This document shows positions 58,315 through 64,000 of a DNA stretch of 64,000 bases, one piece after another; position 1 is the stretch's first letter, and the number at the start of each line of letters is the position of its first letter. The stretch is from a virus. The position numbers and the translations under genes are program-made. The notes below the pieces were generated by a model. It ran no database searches. It was not told the DNA's origin and worked only from the letters and a program-made list of their open reading frames with translations. The stretch lies in IMG/VR virus record IMGVR_UViG_3300028558_000024, positions 13,098 to 77,097 of that record; one strand, written 5' to 3'.

Positions 58315-60770
58315 TAATTAATGGCCACAGATTAAGCGGGCTCCGACAGCGCTGGAATGGCGGCACGGGGGCAACTACTTCTATTGGCGTCGAGCAGGGC
58401 TATGGCCTTCCTGGGCGCATATTCTTTCGCCACGGGTTCAATGAAGGCGAAGGCATTCCGGCTGAGACGCATTTCTCGAGCGTTCTCTATTTACCATTAA
58501 GACCCGGCTACGTAATCGGCACAGTCTCAGGAACCGGCACGATCACGGCGACGATGATCGGTGAAGGGCCGCTTTATGCGACGATCTCCGGGCAAAGCAC
58601 TTTAACGGTTGAAGGCTATACCGATGCAACGCCTCTTTATGACGCGGCAATCTCCGCGACGATTTATGGAACTGGCTCAGTAGTCGGTAATGCGACTATC
58701 GCGCTTCAACAGCAATATATTTCCGCGACAGTGAGCGGCAAAGGTTCAGTTATTGGGCAGCCGCCAATCCCGATCAGGGTTGCGCTCAGCTATTTGTCGG
58801 CTGCGGTCGTCACTCTCACCAAATTCCGAATCATCCATGTAATCTTGAGCTATTTGTCCAGCGCGGCTCGCACTTGCCTGAAGATGCCGAAAGTCATCAA
58901 GTCGATTACTTCTAGTCATGCTCTCACCCTCACGAGAAAGATCTACAAGACGATCTCATACCTTGAAACCTGCGTTTACACGCTCACGAAGCTGATAAGG
59001 CCGACGAAAAGCTACCTGTCAAGCCATGCTCAGTCGTGCCTGAAAGTGGCGAAGTTGATAAAATCCTTCACAGCGAGCCATGCATATTCTGTCACCCGAA
59101 AAATCTACAAAACGCTTTCATACTTGGAAGCGGCATCGCAGAGCATTCTCAAATCCTGCCGGCGAACCCTTTCTTATACGGGCTCCCATGCTCAGACGCT
59201 TACGAAGAAGCTCGTCCGCACCTGGACCTATACCTGCTCGAATGCGCAAACGCGGATTAAGAAGATCTACGCCACAAAAACCTATGTCTCAACAGCGATT
59301 CAAACAATTGCGAAGCTGCTTCCGCGCACAAAAGCCTATACATCAAGCCATGCTCAGACATTTATCAAACTGATTAAGCCGACTAAAAACTATGTGAGCA
59401 GCCATGCTCTGACGCTGATCAGAAAGATCTATGCGAAAAAGAATTATGTCTCGACGGCCGTCCAATCAATCGTCACGGATTTCATCTCGGGCACAATCCA
59501 CAAGACGCTTAATTACGTTGCGGGAAGCACTGTCACGACGCGGAAATTTGTCGAAGTCATCAAATCCTATACAGAGTCATGCGTTTACACTCTGACGAAG
59601 TTGCTTCCGCGCACTAAGACATATGTTCCAAGCCATGCTCAGACATTCATAAAGAAGATCGAGCCGACAAAATCGTATTTGAGCGGCCACGCTTTGACGT
59701 TGACGAAAAAAATCTATGCGACAAAAAGCTATCTTTCAACATGCGTTTACACGCTAAGAAAGCTGATCTATCTGATTAAGTCGTACACCTCTACGGCTCA
59801 CCAGACCTTCTTCGATCTGTTTGTTTACCTGCGGACCTTCAACTATGTCGGCGGTCACGCGCAAACACTGATCAAGAAAGTCAAAGCAACGAAGAATTAT
59901 GTCTCCGGATCGGCTGTGACTTTGCGGCGATTGTGCTTGAAAACAATCTCTTATGTCGGCTCTCACGCACAAAGTCTGATCAAGAAAGTTAAAGCGACGA
60001 AATCCTACACCGCGGCAAGCACCGTCACACACACAATTCTGCACGTCGTTTTGTTGACTTTGACTTACCTGTCAAGCCATGCCCAATCGCTGACAAAGAA
60101 GGTATTCGCTACGAAGTCCTATATTTCGAGCCATGCACAAACTCTGACGAAGCTCACAAAGGCGACAAAGTCTTATTTCTCAAGCCACGCTCAAAGCCTC
60201 ATAAAAAAGGTCAAGGCGACGAAAGCCTATACCGTCGCGCACAACTGCTCCCTGGCAGCCTCACAGGTGGCAACACGAGTCTTCAATTATGTTGCTGGAT
60301 CGGCAATAACAATCCGGAAGCAAATTGATGCGACGAAAAACTATGTCGCCTCGAGTCATTTGACGATCAGGAAATTCATCTCTCTGACAAAAGTGATCGT
60401 ATCTCATTGCCTCTACTCAATAATCAAGCAAGCCGAAACGACCATAACGGTCTCGGTGAATATCCTCGCTCACGGCGCGGTCAGCCTAACAAAGTCAATT
60501 CACAAAACTCTCAGCTTTGCCGGCAGCATTAATTCAACTCTGCAAAAGCTGATCAAGAAAACAAGAAATTTCCTCGCCGTCTGCAATTACTTCATTGTGC
60601 GCCAAGGTCTAGCACTCGACCTTAAGTTCTATATCGTCGCGGCCGTAAAGCTCAGAACAATCATGTCGGAAAAAATTCGTATTGGCGCCCCCGAGGCAAA
60701 AGACCGCATTATAGAGTCAATCAAGAATCGGCTTTTCATCTCAGGAGAAAGGGACCGCAGTGACGACTAA
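58305..60770 (+). CDS. long fibre-like protein with basic 18-aa repeats
   Basis: SHAQ(T/S)L.KK..ATKSY.S repeated over about 550 aa. Confidence 0.7.
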   Translation: MGLVINGHRLSGLRQRWNGGTGATTSIGVEQGYGLPGRIFFRHGFNEGEGIPAETHFSSVLYLPLRPGYVIGTVSGTGTITATMIGEGPLYATISGQSTLTVEGYTDATPLYDAAISATIYGTGSVVGNATIALQQQYISATVSGKGSVIGQPPIPIRVALSYLSAAVVTLTKFRIIHVILSYLSSAARTCLKMPKVIKSITSSHALTLTRKIYKTISYLETCVYTLTKLIRPTKSYLSSHAQSCLKVAKLIKSFTASHAYSVTRKIYKTLSYLEAASQSILKSCRRTLSYTGSHAQTLTKKLVRTWTYTCSNAQTRIKKIYATKTYVSTAIQTIAKLLPRTKAYTSSHAQTFIKLIKPTKNYVSSHALTLIRKIYAKKNYVSTAVQSIVTDFISGTIHKTLNYVAGSTVTTRKFVEVIKSYTESCVYTLTKLLPRTKTYVPSHAQTFIKKIEPTKSYLSGHALTLTKKIYATKSYLSTCVYTLRKLIYLIKSYTSTAHQTFFDLFVYLRTFNYVGGHAQTLIKKVKATKNYVSGSAVTLRRLCLKTISYVGSHAQSLIKKVKATKSYTAASTVTHTILHVVLLTLTYLSSHAQSLTKKVFATKSYISSHAQTLTKLTKATKSYFSSHAQSLIKKVKATKAYTVAHNCSLAASQVATRVFNYVAGSAITIRKQIDATKNYVASSHLTIRKFISLTKVIVSHCLYSIIKQAETTITVSVNILAHGAVSLTKSIHKTLSFAGSINSTLQKLIKKTRNFLAVCNYFIVRQGLALDLKFYIVAAVKLRTIMSEKIRIGAPEAKDRIIESIKNRLFISGERDRSDD

Positions 60771-61062
60771 AATCTTCAGCTCAAAAGAACCAGACGAAAT
60801 CGACACTTTTACATGCGATTTTGAAAACCGCCTTGATGCCGAAACAATCTCTACCGCGACCGTCATTTGCGAAGTCGTCCAGGGCGTTGACGCATCAGCC
60901 GCAGCAATGTGTTCGGGAGACCCCGTCATTGCAGGCTCACAAGTCCGGCAATTGGTCAGGAATGGTCTTAACGGGAATATCTACAAATTGACCTACACGG
61001 CCATAACGTCGGGCTCAAGAGAGTTGATTGAAACTTTGAAGATTCCGGTTATTGATGAGTAA
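60760..61062 (+). CDS. fibre adaptor-like small structural protein
   Basis: K.P.E.....DF...L..ETI...G..G..Y.L....TS..R pattern. Confidence 0.6.
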   Translation: MTTKIFSSKEPDEIDTFTCDFENRLDAETISTATVICEVVQGVDASAAAMCSGDPVIAGSQVRQLVRNGLNGNIYKLTYTAITSGSRELIETLKIPVIDE

Positions 61063-61500
61063 TCAATTGGCGGGATCAGTCAGCCCGAGTTGAGCCTTGC
61101 TCATGAGTCGCCCATTTTGGAAAGTGGCATTCATGTTTGCGATGCCAATACCCTTCCATGTATACATTTCGGTCCCACAGCCTGCGATGTTATTTTCGGA
61201 CATCAGAGAGCCCTTCTTGCCGATGATTTGGCAAACCTCTTCATATGACATTCCATTTTCCAATTTATTGAATTCAGCAAGGGTGACGGCCGATTTTGAT
61301 TCTTCAGCCATCTTGGTTGCAACCGTGCCACAGAGAGCCACGCAGCCGCCGAATGATAAGACGACGAAAATGCCGACAACTAGAAAAACCGTCTTCCAAA
61401 AGGAGCGCCCTAGACTTTTACCGCAATGCTTGCAGACTTTTGCAGCCGCCTGAATAGGCTCGGCGCAATGAGGGCAATTCTTCATGTCGTTCTCGGGCAT
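61063..61500 (-). CDS. Zn-ribbon + TM + BLIP/DUF3862-like exported domain (moron, possible superinfection exclusion)
   Basis: CPHC..CKHC; one TM; GMSYEEV..IIG...Y.W...F.NG.L..KAQ.GL. Confidence 0.7.
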   Translation of the reverse strand: MPENDMKNCPHCAEPIQAAAKVCKHCGKSLGRSFWKTVFLVVGIFVVLSFGGCVALCGTVATKMAEESKSAVTLAEFNKLENGMSYEEVCQIIGKKGSLMSENNIAGCGTEMYTWKGIGIANMNATFQNGRLMSKAQLGLTDPAN

Positions 61501-61679
61501 GTCGAAATTATACCCATCGGATATGTATTTGATCTCATATCAGGGAAAACCCTAGTTTCCAAACCTTCACCAGTGGATAAGATGGAAAGTCTGGGAACCC
61601 CGGTGTCCCAGCAGACTTTGATACTTCATAAAAATTGACGATCTGTATGGCAACATACCCCTGTCGGGTATTGGTTGAC

Positions 61680-61694
61680 ACAACAGAGTGTTGT
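61680..61694. promoter_or_regulatory. palindromic operator 1, upstream of integrase
   Basis: ACAACA-GAG-TGTTGT. Confidence 0.6.
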
Positions 61695-61740
61695 ATTGTC
61701 CGATTGAATACGTTTTGGATATACAAATAGGGGTGACTCC

Positions 61741-62664
61741 ATGGGAAATGCATACATGGCGGCAGATCTTCGCGTGCCTACTTTGATGGACGTTTGGCTG
61801 GATTACAAAAGGACGCGGAAGCTAAAACCCGCAACCGAAGCCGATTACAGCAAAAGACTCAGACAGTTGAGTGATTGGTGGGAGACGCCAATCAACGAAA
61901 TTTCAAAAGGTTTGATTTGTGATCGGCACCAAACTCTCACAGAAAGAAGTCCAAGCCATGCCAATCTGGTATTCAAGGTTCTACGGGCCTTGATGACATA
62001 TGCCGAAATTAAATACGAAGACCGAGAAGGCGCGCCACTTTTGAAAAGCAATCCCGTAAAATCGCTGTCCAGCTTGCGGGCGTGGAACAAAATCAAGCGG
62101 CGGAAAACGATCATCGGAAAGCATCAAATGAAGGCATGGTTTGAAGCCGTCTACAGCCTTGAGAATGTCGTGGTGCGTGATTTCCTTCTGACTCTTCTTC
62201 TGACAGGACTACGCCGGCAGGAAGCGGCATTGCTGACGTGGGACCGCATTGATCTGATTGGTCGCCGGATTCTCATTCCCGATACAAAAAACGGAGACGA
62301 TCACGAACTTCCGATTCCCAACTACTTATATAGAGTCCTTTCCGAGCGAAACCTTGGCAAGCGAAGCTCAAATCCCTACGTTTTTCCTGGAAGGGTGGCC
62401 GGGAAATCACTGTGCAATAGCAACAAGTCCTATCAGCACGTGATTGAAAGATCGGGCGTCCAGTTCTGTTTGCACGATTTGAGACGCGGATTTGCCACGA
62501 CAGCCAGAAGCGCCGGGATAGACAAGGACTATATTAAGCGCCTCTTAAATCACAAGAGCCAAGACGTGACGGACGGCTACATCATCATGTCAGTAGAAGA
62601 TCTCCGCAAACCTATGCAGCTCATAGAAGATTGCATATTGGAGGCTGCTGGGTTAGGATTTTAA
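61741..62664 (+). CDS. int: tyrosine integrase
   Basis: TGLRRQE (R), TKNG (K), HDLRR, LNH, TDGY catalytic residues. Confidence 0.95.
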   Translation: MGNAYMAADLRVPTLMDVWLDYKRTRKLKPATEADYSKRLRQLSDWWETPINEISKGLICDRHQTLTERSPSHANLVFKVLRALMTYAEIKYEDREGAPLLKSNPVKSLSSLRAWNKIKRRKTIIGKHQMKAWFEAVYSLENVVVRDFLLTLLLTGLRRQEAALLTWDRIDLIGRRILIPDTKNGDDHELPIPNYLYRVLSERNLGKRSSNPYVFPGRVAGKSLCNSNKSYQHVIERSGVQFCLHDLRRGFATTARSAGIDKDYIKRLLNHKSQDVTDGYIIMSVEDLRKPMQLIEDCILEAAGLGF

Positions 62665-62706
62665 GTAACTAGAGGTCACCCTCGCTTAGGCAATGGTGGC
62701 CGCTGA

Positions 62707-62745
62707 TCCCGAGTAGCGCAGTGGTAGCGCAGGTGACTGTTAATC
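62707..62745 (+). pseudogene. 5' half of tRNA-Asn(GTT); candidate attP core
   Basis: TCCCGAG-TA-GCGC-AGTGGTA-GCGC-A-GGTGA-CTGTTAA-TC, then similarity stops; 42 nt after int stop. Confidence 0.7.
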
Positions 62746-62802
62746 GGGTCAGCGGATGCATCAAGACCAGCGAAGAATCCAGCTTTAACGCGGGTGACTG
62801 CC

Positions 62803-63060
62803 ATGAAACGAGTTCGAACCAAACCTATAGATCCGTTTATCCAATGGCTTATGGATGAGCGGGGGTTTAAGCATTTAAGCGAGGCGGCGGCGGATGTTCA
62901 AATCAATCCGAATGCACTCACTGTATATGCGGACAGGGGTGTTCAAAACTTCAAGGCGATGCTCCGGCTTGCGAGGCAATTCAAGGTACCTATAGAAAAG
63001 GTACCGGTATACCTATCTACCTATATAGAAACGCTCAATGAAGCGGATCTAACGCCGTAG
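62803..63060 (+). CDS. XRE/Cro-like HTH regulator
   Basis: M.ERG...LSEAA..V.I...AL..Y..RG...F..M.RLA..F.VP.E. Confidence 0.6.
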   Translation: MKRVRTKPIDPFIQWLMDERGFKHLSEAAADVQINPNALTVYADRGVQNFKAMLRLARQFKVPIEKVPVYLSTYIETLNEADLTP

Positions 63061-63085
63061 TCACCCCGAATTTAGTTGCGGTGAC

Positions 63086-63100
63086 ACAACACTCTGTTGT
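63086..63100. promoter_or_regulatory. palindromic operator 2, between putative -35 TTGCGG and -10 TATTAT
   Basis: ACAACA-CTC-TGTTGT. Confidence 0.6.
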
Positions 63101-63476
63101 ATTATTTCCGAGTTGAAAGCGTAACGCGTTAACACGCACCACATACGGTGCATATACCGCAAAAGCGTTATAGACAAAAGGCATCTAATGAAACACTAAC
63201 AGTTGGCTCGCAGAGCCAATTGTAGTGCCGTGGAAATACAAATAATCGCTCGACGGAAGTCGCGAAATCCCGGAAAGGGGCCCTAAACCAGCCCCGTTCC
63301 ACGGTTTTTTGATGCGTTCAAGGGTTGTGCTTAGGCGCAGCCCTGGTAAGCGCGGGCTTAGAGCAAAAGAAAAAAACGCCTTGACTCACATCGTCCGGGA
63401 AGTGCCTCGTGGCACGCGGAAATTAAGTGGTTAGGTTCCACCCGGACGATCTGAGTTTAAGGACTTTGGAGAAATT

Positions 63477-64000
63477 ATGCCCCGTAAGAAAAAAGCTGAC
63501 ACAAAGGAAGAGGCACCTGTCGCGGAAGAATTCATTCCCGATGCCTTCGTAATTCGAACCACGACGAGCGATGGAAAAGCTTATGGCGGTTTCCAATGGC
63601 CGATGACTGTCGGAACTGTTGTTGAATGCCCTGACTGGAAGCCAATCGCCGCTTGTGGCTACGGATTCCACGGCAACCTTGACGGAGTTGGTGACTGGGG
63701 ACTCTTGAGCGGCGCTCACGATGCGCTTTGGTGGATCGTTGGTGTTAAACGCTCCGAGTGTATTGATTTGTCCGGCAAGGTCAAATTCCCTCGCGGCAAA
63801 ATCATCTATATAGGTAGCATCAACGGTGCTCTTTGTCAGATCACAAAAGAATGGCGCCGAATAGTTGATGAAGCTTGCAAGGCTGCGACGGAGTCGCAGG
63901 CGAAGCAAGACTTCGCACATGCATCGACAGCCGGACAAGAGGCACATGCATCGACAGCCGGACAAGAGGCACATGCATCGACAGCCGGACAAGAGGCACA
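63477..64000 (+). CDS. phage protein (GGFQWP...CGYGFHG type) with C-terminal 9-aa repeats; truncated by window end and absent from the ORF track
   Basis: GGAG RBS, ATG at 63477, open to window end: MPRKKKADTK...GGFQWPMTVG...AHASTAGQE repeats. Confidence 0.75.
   Translation, partial: MPRKKKADTKEEAPVAEEFIPDAFVIRTTTSDGKAYGGFQWPMTVGTVVECPDWKPIAACGYGFHGNLDGVGDWGLLSGAHDALWWIVGVKRSECIDLSGKVKFPRGKIIYIGSINGALCQITKEWRRIVDEACKAATESQAKQDFAHASTAGQEAHASTAGQEAHASTAGQEA
63915..64000 (+). repeat. 27-bp perfect tandem repeat, at least 3 copies
   Basis: GCACATGCATCGACAGCCGGACAAGAG x3 plus a partial copy. Confidence 0.9.

Noticed and set aside
61731-63086. Six GGTGAC-containing motifs as integrase arm sites
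   Set aside because: Two are explainable as Shine-Dalgarno GGTGA, one lies in the tRNA stem and one overlaps the operator; the integrase also seems to lack an arm-binding domain.
63423-63992. Minus-strand 189-aa ORF with MCLLSGCRC repeats
   Set aside because: Shadow of the + strand gene starting at 63477, which has an RBS and a phage-like sequence.
1-64000. Stop-codon reassignment
   Set aside because: Long genes are intact in the standard code and end in TAA, TAG and TGA; no suppressor anticodon is present.

Overview
The window is almost entirely a temperate, contractile-tailed dsDNA phage or phage-plasmid-like genome, nearly all on the + strand; the host cannot be determined from sequence alone. 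Order: small early genes; Dam-like MTase; TOPRIM/P4-D5 primase-helicase; GH108 lysozyme; a minus-strand block with a stand-alone winged-helix protein, a 10-copy iteron origin and a serine resolvase; accessory genes; ParB-fused MTase; TerS; TerL with a class 3 LAGLIDADG intein; head, neck, sheath, tube, chaperone, tape measure, baseplate and fibre genes; holin-like genes; HTH, SF1 helicase and D12 MTase; a 249-aa uncharacterised protein followed by a tRNA-mimic RNA locus; a second fibre/appendage module with five tandem paralogs; tyrosine integrase, a 5' half of tRNA-Asn (candidate attP), an HTH regulator and a repeat protein cut by the window end. The best candidate for an undescribed system is the 51008-51757 protein plus the ~430-nt RNA behind it. 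That RNA has a 6-nt periodic AAR leader, two circularly permuted (YrlA-topology) tRNA modules, a short-acceptor tRNA-Thr-like module and a terminal G3.U70 alanine-type minihelix ending in ACCA. A separately promoted D-armless tRNA-Met mimic follows. All family assignments come from motifs recognised by eye; no searches were run.
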